From assembly GCA_965200835.1 (NCBI GenBank), contig OZ241390.1, positions 2,563,286 to 2,627,285 on the forward strand: a stretch of DNA of 64,000 nt. The letters are read 5' to 3'. The notes beneath the pieces are model-generated. The model made no database searches. It was not told the DNA's origin and saw nothing but the letters and a program-made list of their open reading frames with translations. Positions 28,244-37,951 of the stretch are shown piece after piece. Each line of letters opens with the position of its first letter. The first letter of the stretch is position 1. A program made the translations under genes and the position numbers. Source of the stretch: Acidimicrobiia bacterium. GTDB taxonomy: Bacteria > Actinomycetota > Acidimicrobiia > Spongiisociales > Spongiisociaceae.

Positions 28244-29281
28244 TTGAGTGGGATGATGTGGCCGTTGCAGCCTCCGGTGAAGCCCATGAAGGCCCGAGTG
28301 AGGGCCAACCCGCCGCGAGGTGAAGGGTGGCTGTACGAGCCCAAGTGGGACGGGTTCCGGATGATCGCTTACGGCGGTGACGAGGTCCGGCTCGACTCCC
28401 GCAACGGCAAGACCTTGCTGCGCTACTTTCCCGAGCTTCATCCGGCACTCGCTCAGCTCCCGCCCGGAACCATCGTCGACGGCGAAGTGCTGATAGTCGT
28501 GGACGACGTGACCAACTTCGATCTGCTGCAGTTGCGTATCCATCCGGCCCGCTCCCGGATCGAGCACCTGGCCCAGGAGATCCCGGCTCGGCTGGTGGTT
28601 TTCGACCTGCTCGCCGAGCGAGGGGAGAACCTGTCCGACGTTCCCTACGCCACTCGCCGGGTGCGCCTAGAGCACCTGTTCGAGGGGCTGGGGGAGGGCT
28701 GGCACCTGACACCGGTTACCTCGGACTACCAGATGGCCGCCCGCTGGTTCCACGAGTACGAGCCGGCCGGCTGCGATGGGATCATCTGCAAGCGGGCGGA
28801 GGGACTGTACCTCCAGGACAAGCGGGAGTGGATCAAGTGGAAGCATCGCCGGTCGGTGGACTGCGTGATCGGCGGCTACCGGGTCCACAAGGACGGTGAC
28901 AAGGTGGGCTCTATCCTGCTCGGTCTGTACAACGCCGAGGGCAATCTTCACTTCATAGGGCACTGCTCGGGGTTCTCGAATCGGGACCGGGTGACCATCC
29001 TCGAGATGCTCGAGGAGATACGCACCGACGAGAGCTTCGGCGGCGACCAGACGCGGGCGCCGGGAGCTCAGAGTCGCTGGTCGACCGCCCGCTCCGCTCA
29101 GTGGACCCCGGTGGAACCCTGCATCGTGGTGGAGGTGAGTTACGACCAGCTGCAGGGGGGGGAACGGTTCCGGCACGCCACCCGGTTCGAGCGGTGGCGT
29201 ACCGACAAGCCGCCCACCGAGTGCACCATGGACCAGCTGGTACGGCCCACGGGGGCTGGCTTCTCCGAGGTAGTGGCTTGA
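28244..29281 (+). CDS. ATP-dependent DNA ligase (LigC-type, adenylation + OB domains)
   Basis: Motif I EPKWDGFR, motif IV-like DGIICK, and KWKH. Confidence 0.85.
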   Translation: MSGMMWPLQPPVKPMKARVRANPPRGEGWLYEPKWDGFRMIAYGGDEVRLDSRNGKTLLRYFPELHPALAQLPPGTIVDGEVLIVVDDVTNFDLLQLRIHPARSRIEHLAQEIPARLVVFDLLAERGENLSDVPYATRRVRLEHLFEGLGEGWHLTPVTSDYQMAARWFHEYEPAGCDGIICKRAEGLYLQDKREWIKWKHRRSVDCVIGGYRVHKDGDKVGSILLGLYNAEGNLHFIGHCSGFSNRDRVTILEMLEEIRTDESFGGDQTRAPGAQSRWSTARSAQWTPVEPCIVVEVSYDQLQGGERFRHATRFERWRTDKPPTECTMDQLVRPTGAGFSEVVA

Positions 29282-30303
29282 TCCCAAGGGCCGGTGAGGT
29301 CCTTTCCTTGCCGATCTCGGCCAGACATCATGAGACCGCCGATGCGGTGACACTCACCTTCGATGACCCTGAGGGGACGGTCGGAGGAGAGGCGGGACAG
29401 TACGTGATCGTGAGGGTGACGGTCGATGGGGAGGAGCATCTGAGGGTCTTCTCGCTCAGCTCCACACCCGAGTTGGGCCAACCCCCGTCCATCACCGTGA
29501 AGCGTCTCCCCGGGGGAGTGGTCTCCACCTATCTGCTGGAACGAGCCAGGGTGGGAGACGTCATAGGTGTGGAGCCAGCCGCAGGAACCTTCGGAGTGGG
29601 GATCGACCCCGCCAACCGCCGCACCTACTACGCGCTGGCGGCCGGGAGCGGGATCGTCCCGATCATGAGCATCCTGCGAGGCGCGGTGACCCTCGAGTGC
29701 CGCTCAACTGTCCACCTGGCCTACGGCAATCGGCGACCCCAGGATGTGATCTTCCATGATGCGCTGGAGCGATTGGAGCGCAGGTTCCCGGACCGCTTGG
29801 GAGTGTCACACGTGATGAGCGGGATGGGTCAGCGGATCGACTACCGCTACCTGGACGCCTTCCTTATCAGCCATCCGCCCCGAACGGCCGACGTCTGGTA
29901 CCTGCTGTGCGGGCCGCCTGGCATGAACTGGGATCTCTCGGCCCGACTACGGACGCTGGGCGTTCCCGAGGACCGGTTGCGGGTCGAGCACTACCTGCCT
30001 CCCCAGCAGGAGAACGCCCCAGTTCCTTACGACCCGGCCCGAATCCTGCTGGAGGGCCATCACCGGTCGGCCGAGCTGCGAGCTGGAGAAGTGCTGCTGG
30101 CTGCCATGGATCGGATAGGAGCACCGGTTCCCTACGCCTGCCGCTCAGGAGTGTGCGGAACCTGCCGGGTGGAGCTGGTGGAGGGTCAGGTAGACCCGGG
30201 CATACCCTTCGCCCTCACTGCTGCTGACCGGCAAGCAGGCGCCATCCTCACATGTGTAGCAAGGCCCACCAGCCCCGAAGTAATACTCCGCTATCCGTCC
30301 TGA
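29278..30303 (+). CDS. Ferredoxin-NAD(P) reductase-type flavoprotein with C-terminal plant-type 2Fe-2S domain
   Basis: RVFSLSS FAD motif, AAGSGIVPIMS NAD motif, and CRSGVCGTCRV...ILTC cluster. The TTG start overlaps the ligase stop (TTGA). The track ORF start at 29101 lies inside the ligase gene. Confidence 0.7.
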   Translation: MIPRAGEVLSLPISARHHETADAVTLTFDDPEGTVGGEAGQYVIVRVTVDGEEHLRVFSLSSTPELGQPPSITVKRLPGGVVSTYLLERARVGDVIGVEPAAGTFGVGIDPANRRTYYALAAGSGIVPIMSILRGAVTLECRSTVHLAYGNRRPQDVIFHDALERLERRFPDRLGVSHVMSGMGQRIDYRYLDAFLISHPPRTADVWYLLCGPPGMNWDLSARLRTLGVPEDRLRVEHYLPPQQENAPVPYDPARILLEGHHRSAELRAGEVLLAAMDRIGAPVPYACRSGVCGTCRVELVEGQVDPGIPFALTAADRQAGAILTCVARPTSPEVILRYPS

Positions 30304-30647
30304 TTCACAAGGCTTCCTGCCACGCACTTTGCGGGCCTAAGTGTCGGCGCTGAAGAGCCGGGTAACGTGAGATAGGTGATGAGCGAAGAGTGCTTCGTTC
30401 GCCTTCCGGCACAGCGCGCAAACGTGGATTCGGGCACGAGGCTTTCGAAAAGGGCAAAGGTGTAACTACCCACCCGATTTCCGAGTAGCTAGCAGTGGCG
30501 CTTCAGGAAAGTCAGGCGTGGGTGATCTGGCTGGCGGGCTCTCTCGGGAGGGGTTCGGTGGAGTGGTGAGACTTTAGTGATCGGTGCTATCTTGCAGTGC
30601 CGATTTATCATTGACTGTTGTCGGTGTCCCGACGAGAAGGCCTGAGA

Positions 30648-31514
30648 GTGGAGTACCTTCGACCTCGTACCTGGCAGGAAGCCATCGCCCTCAAGACGGA
30701 GTGCCCGTCGGCTGTTCCTATCAATGGAGGCACGGACCTCATGGTCGACATCAACTTCGCCCGGCGGCGACCGGACGCCCTGCTCGATCTGTCCCACCTG
30801 GGGGAGCTGAGGCGGTGGTCCAGGCAGAACGGCGCGGTCGAGCTCGGTGCCGGGGTGACCTACACCGACGTCGTGGAGCATCTGTCGGACGAACTGCCTG
30901 GGCTGGCGATCGCCTCCCGGACGGTCGGATCGCCCCAGATCCGCAACCGGGGCACCATCGCCGGCAACCTGGCTACCGCGTCGCCGGCCGGTGACGCCCA
31001 CCCTCCGTTACTTGCTACGGGCTGCGACATCCGGCTGGAGTCGATGCGGGGTAGCCGGGAAGTTCCGATCGGCCGGTTCTTCACCGGACCGAAGCGCACC
31101 GTGCTCGAGCCCGACGAGCTGATCCGCTCAGTCCGGGTGCCGGTAGCCAGAGGTCCCCAGCAGTTCTCGAAGGTGGGCACTCGGAATGCCATGGTGATTG
31201 CAGTGGTGTCGTTCGCGATTGCCCTGGATGTCGACGCGCGGAGGGTGGGTACGGGCATCGGGTCAGCCGCGCCCACCCCGATCGAGGCAGACGAGGCGTC
31301 TAGTCACTTGGAAACGGAGCTGGCAGCCGGCGAGTACTGGCGCCACCGGCGGGAACTCGATCAGAGGCTGGTCGAGGGCTTTGCCGAGCGGGTGGCCGCA
31401 GTGGCGAGGCCGATCGACGATGTCCGGGGAGCGGCTTCCTACCGGCGCCATGCGCTGGGAGTGATAGCGCGGCGATCCCTGAGGTGGGCGTGGGAAGCGC
31501 TACCGCCCGAGTGA
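30648..31514 (+). CDS. Molybdenum hydroxylase FAD-binding (medium) subunit, CoxM/XdhB-like
   Basis: VEYLRPRTWQEAIAL and INGGTDLMV motifs. GTG at 30648 (track start is 30618). Confidence 0.8.
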   Translation: MEYLRPRTWQEAIALKTECPSAVPINGGTDLMVDINFARRRPDALLDLSHLGELRRWSRQNGAVELGAGVTYTDVVEHLSDELPGLAIASRTVGSPQIRNRGTIAGNLATASPAGDAHPPLLATGCDIRLESMRGSREVPIGRFFTGPKRTVLEPDELIRSVRVPVARGPQQFSKVGTRNAMVIAVVSFAIALDVDARRVGTGIGSAAPTPIEADEASSHLETELAAGEYWRHRRELDQRLVEGFAERVAAVARPIDDVRGAASYRRHALGVIARRSLRWAWEALPPE

Positions 31515-31687
31515 CACGAGCTCTCATCGACTCTGAGCAGAAATCCATCTGCCGGTAGAACAACGAGAGCAACGTAATGTGGACGTGCTGCGGCGGGCTT
31601 CTTATCCCTCCTTCGTGTCAGCCTTAGCAGAGTGGACGTGGTGGGCTGTAGATCACACTGCATCGGCGTCGCCTCCTTTGTGGGACG

Positions 31688-32167
31688 ATGGTGAACATGT
31701 TGGTTGAGCTAGTAGTAAATGGTCGCCCGTGCAGCGTGGAGAACGTGTGGGGCGGCGAGAGCCTCCTCTATCTCCTCCGGGAACGGCTCGGGCTTCGGGG
31801 ATCCAAGAACGCCTGCGAGCAGGGCGAATGCGGTTCGTGTTCCGTCTACCTGGACGGGGAGCTGGTATGCGCCTGCCTGGTGTCGGCCGGCCAGGCCCTG
31901 GGGACCGAGGTGATCACCGTAGAGGGTCTGGCCGAAGGTGACCTGCTGCACCCCATCCAGCAGGCCTACATCGTGGAAGGCGCGGTGCAGTGCGGATTCT
32001 GCACGCCGGGCCTCATCGTCGCTACCCACCAGCTCCTCGCGGCCAATCCGAACCCATCGGACGACCAGATTCGGGAAGCCCTGGCAGGCAACCTGTGCCG
32101 CTGCACCGGATATGAGAAGATCATCGGAGCGGTCCGATTGGCGTCGATGGAGCTGGCCATGTCATGA
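31688..32167 (+). CDS. Molybdenum hydroxylase 2x[2Fe-2S] (small) subunit, CoxS-like
   Basis: CEQGECGSCSV, CGFCTPG and CRCTGY motifs. Confidence 0.9.
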   Translation: MVNMLVELVVNGRPCSVENVWGGESLLYLLRERLGLRGSKNACEQGECGSCSVYLDGELVCACLVSAGQALGTEVITVEGLAEGDLLHPIQQAYIVEGAVQCGFCTPGLIVATHQLLAANPNPSDDQIREALAGNLCRCTGYEKIIGAVRLASMELAMS

Positions 32168-33159
32168 CGGCTGGCACCAATCATCACACGCCCATTCCTC
32201 GGGTCACTGTGATAACCGGGTTCCTCGGCGCCGGAAAGACCACCTTGGTCAACCATCTGCTCACCACCGACCATGGCAGGCGGATCGCGGTGATCGTCAA
32301 CGAGGCGGGGGAGATCGGGATCGACGGTGACCTGATCGTGTCTTCCGACGAGGAGATCATCGAGCTGGCGAACGGATGCGTGTGCTGCACGATCTCGGTC
32401 CGCAGCGACCTCACCAAGGTGATCAAGAAGCTTCTGGCGCGGCCTGTACCGCCCAACTACCTACTGATCGAGGCGAGCGGGCTGGCCGATCCAGCGCCGC
32501 TCACCCAGTCGCTGTTCGTCGACGAGCTGGTCGACTACCTGCGGCTGGACGGAGTGGTCACCATGATCGATGCCAGCAACGCGCAGAGCCATCTCGAGGG
32601 AACAGGCCGGTACGAATCCGGCAACCGGGTGGTGGACCAGATCGTCACAGCCGACCGGATCGTCCTCAACAAGGTCGACCTGGTCACCGAGGAAACCTGT
32701 GCACGCATCGAGCAGCACGTCGAGGAACTCAACAATACGGCTCCGGTGATCAGGACTTGCTATGGGCGGGTCGATCCGGACGCTCTGTTGGGAATCGGCG
32801 CGTTCGATCCTGCCGCGCCGAGCACTGAACCGGACTGGCTTGTTGCCTGGAGTGGAGGTGAGAACGATCCGGGGTTGGTGCCGATCAGTATCGAAGCACA
32901 TGGCGAGTTGGACGAGGACAGGCTCACAGCCTGGCTGGAGGACCTGACCGCGGCTCGGGCGCCGGATCTCTATCGACTCAAGGGGATAATGGCAGTGGAT
33001 GGAAGTCCCGACCAGATCGTCTTGCAGGGAGTGCATGGCCTGTTCGAGACATATCGGGGAGGCCGGTGGTCGGGCCCCCGTACCAGCCGGTTCGTGCTGA
33101 TCGGTCGGGACTTCGACGAAGAGGTACTGCGATCAGGTCTGGAGGGATGTCGAAAGTGA
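32164..33159 (+). CDS. COG0523 / CobW-family G3E GTPase (metallochaperone-like)
   Basis: GFLGAGKTT P-loop, the characteristic NGCVCCT motif, and a C-terminal CobW_C-like region. Confidence 0.85.
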   Translation: MTAGTNHHTPIPRVTVITGFLGAGKTTLVNHLLTTDHGRRIAVIVNEAGEIGIDGDLIVSSDEEIIELANGCVCCTISVRSDLTKVIKKLLARPVPPNYLLIEASGLADPAPLTQSLFVDELVDYLRLDGVVTMIDASNAQSHLEGTGRYESGNRVVDQIVTADRIVLNKVDLVTEETCARIEQHVEELNNTAPVIRTCYGRVDPDALLGIGAFDPAAPSTEPDWLVAWSGGENDPGLVPISIEAHGELDEDRLTAWLEDLTAARAPDLYRLKGIMAVDGSPDQIVLQGVHGLFETYRGGRWSGPRTSRFVLIGRDFDEEVLRSGLEGCRK

Positions 33160-35489
33160 GCCTGCCTCGCCAGCAAATGGGGACCATAACCCGGGACCGA
33201 GTCACCCACCGCCGGGGGGTCGGTACGTCGCCACCCCGCCCGGATGCCCCTCTGAAGGTCCAGGGCCGCTTCGCCTTCTCATCCGATCTCTACCTCGATG
33301 GAATGCTTTGGGGAGCGACCGTTCGCAGCCCGCATCCCCGAGCGCACATCGTGTCCATCGAGGTGTCCGAAGCCCTCATGATCAGGGGTGTGGCCACCGT
33401 GCTGACCGCCGAGGACATACCCGGGCACAAATACTTCGGGATAAAGGTCCCTGATCAGCCGATCCTGGCTGACCAGGAAATTCGTTACCTGGGCGAGCCG
33501 GTCGCCATCGTGGCCGCCGACCATCCTGAGACCGCCCGCCGAGCAGTCGAGGCCGTACGGGTCGAGTACCGGATCGAAGCTCCGCTCACCGATCCCGAAG
33601 CAGCCCTGGCCGGCCAGAGTGGGCTGGTCGATCCGGGAGGCAACGTGGCCCGCCACGTCCGGATCCGCCACGGCAACCTGGCTGCTGCCCGGCCGGCGGC
33701 CGAGGTGATCATCGAGGGCGAGTACCGGACCGGTGTGCAGGACCCGGCCTTCCTGGGACCCGAGTCGGGCCTGGCGGTGCCGGACGGCAGCGGAGGAGTC
33801 GATCTCTATGTTGCCTCACAGTGGATCCACGACGATCAGCGCCAGATCGCCGCGGCCCTCGGTCTCGACCCCAGCCGGGTACGGCTCACTCTGAGCGGGG
33901 TAGGGGGTGCGTTCGGAGGCCGGGAGGACCTGTCCGTTCATATCCACGCCTGCCTGCTGGCCCTGCGGATGGGTCGTCCCGTCAAGATGTCATACCACCG
34001 CGAGGAGTCGTTCGTCGGGCACGTCCATCGGCATCCTTCCCGTATCCGGGTCGAGTTGGGTGCCCGCCAAGACGGGACCCTGGTCTACTCGAAGGTCAGG
34101 CTGCTACTCGATGGCGGCGCCTACACGTCCACTTCCAAGATCGTGATCGCCAACGCCTGCTACTTCGCGGCCGGTGCCTATCGGGTCGACCATGTGGAGA
34201 TAGACGGGTATGCCGTGTATACCAACAACCCCCCACGGGGCGCCATGCGGGGTTTCGGAGCCGTCCAGTCCTGCTACGCCATCGAATCAGCCATGGACAA
34301 GCTGGCCCGGGCGCTGGAGATGGACCCGGTGAAGCTGCGGATGATCAACGCCATCCGGGTCGGGGACCGGCTTCCTACCGGCCAGGCTGTGGACGGTCCG
34401 GCCCCGGCGCGGGAACTGCTCGAATACCTCCGGGATCTTCCGCTGCCGACCGGATCCACCGGAGGTGGGACCAACGGCGGTCGCCTCCCGGGGGGTGTGA
34501 ACAACACCACCCGCGGGGAGGGGGTTGTGCGAGGGGTCGGCTATGCGCTGGGCATGAAGGCGATCGGGTTCTCGGGTGGGGTGGACGATATCTCCACGGC
34601 GAGGGTCTCCCTCTCGATGGTGGGCGGCAAACCGGTCGCCGAGGTCTACAGCGCGGCTGCCGAGTGCGGGCAGGGGATCGTGGCCGTCCAGGCCCAGATC
34701 GTCCGGACCGAGCTCGGGGTCGACTCGGTAGTGGTACGTCCGGCGGACACGGACATCGGGGACGCCGGATCGTCGGCCGCGTCCCGCCAGACCTGGATGA
34801 CCGGGGGAGCGGTGAAGGGCGCCTGCGACGGAGTTCGTCACCAGGTGAAGGGACGGGCGGCAGACGGGTTGGGCTGCGCGGCCGATGACCTGCTCCTGGC
34901 CGGTGACCGCATCGAGCTGGCCGCAACGGGTGAACCGCTCCTGACACTGGCGGATCTACTGGGCAACGAGTCGATCGAGTCGACCTTCGTCTATCGCCAT
35001 CGACCGACGGAGGGGATCGACGACGTAACGGGCCAGGGAAACGCCCACGTCGCGTTCGCCTACGCCACTCATCGGGCAGTAGTGGACGTGGACACCGAAC
35101 TCGGCCTGGTGAGGGTGGTGGAGCTGGCCACCGCCCAGGATGTGGGCAAGGCGATCAATCCACAGGCGGTCGAGGGCCAGATCGAGGGTGGCACGGCCCA
35201 AGGTCTCGGCCTAGCCCTCCTCGAAGAGGTGCAGATCAGCGATGGGGAGATCCGGAACGCATCCTTCACCGACTACCTGATTCCCACCATCCTCGACATG
35301 CCTCCCATGAACGTACGGATCTTCGAGTTTCCCCACCCCGACTCGCCCTATGGTCTCAATGGGGTAGGAGAGCCGCCCAACCTGTCCTCGACACCGGCCA
35401 TCGTCAACGCACTTCGCATGGCGACCGGTCTCGAACTGCCCAGGGCTCCCGTCCGGCCTATCGACCTGATCCCCACCCTCAGCGGCTAA
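33147..35489 (+). CDS. Molybdopterin-binding (large) subunit of a xanthine dehydrogenase/aldehyde oxidase family hydroxylase
   Basis: GVGGAFGGRED, GAMRGFG and GVGEPP motifs. The ATG at 33147 overlaps the end of the CobW-like gene. Confidence 0.85.
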   Translation: MSKVSLPRQQMGTITRDRVTHRRGVGTSPPRPDAPLKVQGRFAFSSDLYLDGMLWGATVRSPHPRAHIVSIEVSEALMIRGVATVLTAEDIPGHKYFGIKVPDQPILADQEIRYLGEPVAIVAADHPETARRAVEAVRVEYRIEAPLTDPEAALAGQSGLVDPGGNVARHVRIRHGNLAAARPAAEVIIEGEYRTGVQDPAFLGPESGLAVPDGSGGVDLYVASQWIHDDQRQIAAALGLDPSRVRLTLSGVGGAFGGREDLSVHIHACLLALRMGRPVKMSYHREESFVGHVHRHPSRIRVELGARQDGTLVYSKVRLLLDGGAYTSTSKIVIANACYFAAGAYRVDHVEIDGYAVYTNNPPRGAMRGFGAVQSCYAIESAMDKLARALEMDPVKLRMINAIRVGDRLPTGQAVDGPAPARELLEYLRDLPLPTGSTGGGTNGGRLPGGVNNTTRGEGVVRGVGYALGMKAIGFSGGVDDISTARVSLSMVGGKPVAEVYSAAAECGQGIVAVQAQIVRTELGVDSVVVRPADTDIGDAGSSAASRQTWMTGGAVKGACDGVRHQVKGRAADGLGCAADDLLLAGDRIELAATGEPLLTLADLLGNESIESTFVYRHRPTEGIDDVTGQGNAHVAFAYATHRAVVDVDTELGLVRVVELATAQDVGKAINPQAVEGQIEGGTAQGLGLALLEEVQISDGEIRNASFTDYLIPTILDMPPMNVRIFEFPHPDSPYGLNGVGEPPNLSSTPAIVNALRMATGLELPRAPVRPIDLIPTLSG

Positions 35490-35630
35490 CCCCTCAGAAT
35501 CCGCCGCTTATGCCTCCCGGTTGAGACTGCCAGAGCCTCCTTACGGTCAGGCAGACAGTGCGGGTTGTCCGGCAGGGTAAGCTTGCTCGGGATCGAGCGA
35601 TAACACTCCCCCGACGGTTAGGAGATAGCC

Positions 35631-37001
35631 TTGGATAGGAAGATTACTGACCCGCGCCTCTTCTCTCGCCGCCAGGTACTGGGCGGCGGCTCTGCTCTCA
35701 TGGCGTTCGCGGCTATGGGAGGTCTCACCGGACTCCTGGCGGCCTGCTCGGAGGGAGATCCGATCGATGAAGGATCCGAACCGGGCGAGGACTTCACCGG
35801 CACGCTGGGGGTGCTCATCGGCACCCATATGGATCCCATCAAGCAGCTGCTCGAACAGCATGAGGCGGCTGTCGGATTCGCTCCCAGTGTCGAGGAGGTA
35901 ACCACCCCCGATCTGCGCAGCAAGCTCACCACTTCGTTCCTGGCGCAGAGTTCGCCCTGGGATGCGGTATTCGTCACTGCGGAGCTGGGGGCCGAGCTCG
36001 GAACCCGCGGATGGCTCACCAACGCCAGCACCTTCATGGACGAGCGGGTACGCCCCGAAGGCGACCTGCTGACCAGGGGAATGGGTGCGGTGGAAGTCGG
36101 TGACAACACGCTGGCGGTCCCCTGGACCATGGGTAGCCAGCTCCTGCACTGGAACAAGCAGCTCATGGAGCAGGCCGGACTGGATCCCGATGCTCCCCTC
36201 GACTGGCATTCCACTCCCAACTCATGGGACACCTTCGTGGAGTACGCCAAGGCCATGACCGGGGAACGGGATGGTGTGCAGTACTACGGATACACCGACG
36301 CCTGGGCGGACAAGCACGTGCTGTGGACCTGGGGCGGCATGCTCAACATGCACGGCGGCAGCTTCCTCGACGAGGAGGGGCAGCCGTCCTGGAACTCGGA
36401 GGCTGGGGTGGAGGCCCTCCAGAAGCTCTATGACCTGCTGCACACCCACCAGGTGATCGACCCGGCGGTGAGCACCTACACCTGGGTGTTCGACGCCACC
36501 CCCGGTTTCTTCGAAGGCACCCGGGGCATGTTCATCTCCTGGCCGTTCGTGGCCGGGGTGGCAGCCATTCCCGAAGCGTCCCAGATCGCCGGGCACAGCG
36601 CCTTCGCGCCCAACCCGGCGGTGGTCACCAGCGGCTCGGTGGACGGGTCGGAGTTCTTCGGCGTCCCGGTGTACTCGGAGAACAAGGACGAGGCCTGGCG
36701 CCTGCTGGATCTGATCTCCTCCCGCGAGGGCCAGCGGGTGGTCGCCATGGGTGGTTGGGGCTCCATATACAACGGGGTGCTGCAGGAGCCCGACATCGTG
36801 GAGGCTTTCCCGTTCTATCCGGCGCTGGCCAAGGCCTACGAATACCCCGTGGACGGTGGCTGGTCCGAGGACCGGCCTCGCTGGACCCAGATGCTGGCCG
36901 ACGAGATCCATGAGGTGCTGGCCGACCGCAAGTCGCCCCGCCAGGCCCTGGACGACGCAGCCGCGGCCGCCGTGGAAGCCCGGAGGCAGGACGAGTCCTA
37001 G
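35631..37001 (+). CDS. ABC transporter substrate-binding lipoprotein, carbohydrate-type (family 1)
   Basis: TTG start. Tat-like SRRQVLGGG motif plus lipobox LLAAC. Confidence 0.75.
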   Translation: MDRKITDPRLFSRRQVLGGGSALMAFAAMGGLTGLLAACSEGDPIDEGSEPGEDFTGTLGVLIGTHMDPIKQLLEQHEAAVGFAPSVEEVTTPDLRSKLTTSFLAQSSPWDAVFVTAELGAELGTRGWLTNASTFMDERVRPEGDLLTRGMGAVEVGDNTLAVPWTMGSQLLHWNKQLMEQAGLDPDAPLDWHSTPNSWDTFVEYAKAMTGERDGVQYYGYTDAWADKHVLWTWGGMLNMHGGSFLDEEGQPSWNSEAGVEALQKLYDLLHTHQVIDPAVSTYTWVFDATPGFFEGTRGMFISWPFVAGVAAIPEASQIAGHSAFAPNPAVVTSGSVDGSEFFGVPVYSENKDEAWRLLDLISSREGQRVVAMGGWGSIYNGVLQEPDIVEAFPFYPALAKAYEYPVDGGWSEDRPRWTQMLADEIHEVLADRKSPRQALDDAAAAAVEARRQDES

Positions 37002-37020
37002 CAGGCACCCTCCCGACTCC

Positions 37021-37947
37021 ATGACCGGGGCCGTAGGGGAGGACGGGAGGACCGGGCGAGCGCGCAAGCGGGGTCGCCGGGTTGCCCTGACCCTGGTGGC
37101 CCCGGCCGTGTTGCTGGTGGCCGGAGTGTATGCCTATCCGGCCATCTCCACCGTCGTCTACAGCCTGGCTTCCATCGACCTGTCCCCCCGGTTCCGAATC
37201 TCGGGGTTCGTGGGGCTGCAGAACTTCGCCCGCCAGCTGGCCAGCCCGTCTTTCTGGGAAGCGACCGGGGTCACCGTCTACTTCGGAGCGATGCTGTGTG
37301 TGGTGACGGTGGTGCTTTCGTTCCTGATCGCGCTGCTGCTCAACCAGACCTTCCTCGGCAGGGGACTGGTCAGGGTTACCGTGCTGCTGCCCTGGGCGGT
37401 TCCCCCGGTGGCTTCCGGAGTGCTGTGGGTGCAGATGTTCCACGCCGAGTTCGGCTTTCTCAACGGCCTGATCAGAGCCTTCGGAGGCGAAGGCAATGTG
37501 ATCTGGTTGGGTGGGCAGGTGCTCGCTCTCCACTCGGTACTCATCGCCGAGGTGTGGCGCTGGATCCCCTTCGCCACCCTGTTCCTGCTGGCTGGGCTGC
37601 AGGTGGTTCCGAGGACGGTTATCGAAGCGGCGGCAATCGACGGGGCAGGTTCCTGGCGTACCTTCCGCCATGTCACCTTCCCTCTGATGCTGCCGGTGGT
37701 GGTCCCGGTGGTGATCTTCCTGTTCGTGTGGGCCATGAAAGTGTTCGACACCATCTTCGTGCTCACCCGGGGAGGACCCAGCCGAGCCACCACCACGCTC
37801 AACTTTCTGGTGTACCGGCAGGGATTCGAGCAGTTCGACTTCGGAAGCGCGGCGGCCACCGCCTACCTCCTATCAGCTCTAACCGTGCTGGCTATCGCCG
37901 GTCTCGGATGGATGCTGGTGCGGGCCCGCCGGCTCGCCCACGGATAG
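37021..37947 (+). CDS. ABC transporter permease (MalF/UgpA-like)
   Basis: ATG at 37021. Six TM helices. EAA-loop region IEAAAIDGAGSWRTFRHVTFPLM. Confidence 0.8.
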   Translation: MTGAVGEDGRTGRARKRGRRVALTLVAPAVLLVAGVYAYPAISTVVYSLASIDLSPRFRISGFVGLQNFARQLASPSFWEATGVTVYFGAMLCVVTVVLSFLIALLLNQTFLGRGLVRVTVLLPWAVPPVASGVLWVQMFHAEFGFLNGLIRAFGGEGNVIWLGGQVLALHSVLIAEVWRWIPFATLFLLAGLQVVPRTVIEAAAIDGAGSWRTFRHVTFPLMLPVVVPVVIFLFVWAMKVFDTIFVLTRGGPSRATTTLNFLVYRQGFEQFDFGSAAATAYLLSALTVLAIAGLGWMLVRARRLAHG

Positions 37948-37951
37948 CGGC

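Noticed and set aside
30291-30473. Possible ISL3-type transposase N-terminal remnant (FARCAGRRTKHSSLITYLTLPG) in the 314-bp gap before the Mo-hydroxylase operon
   Set aside because: The similarity rests on a few residues only. There are no inverted repeats or further transposase fragments.
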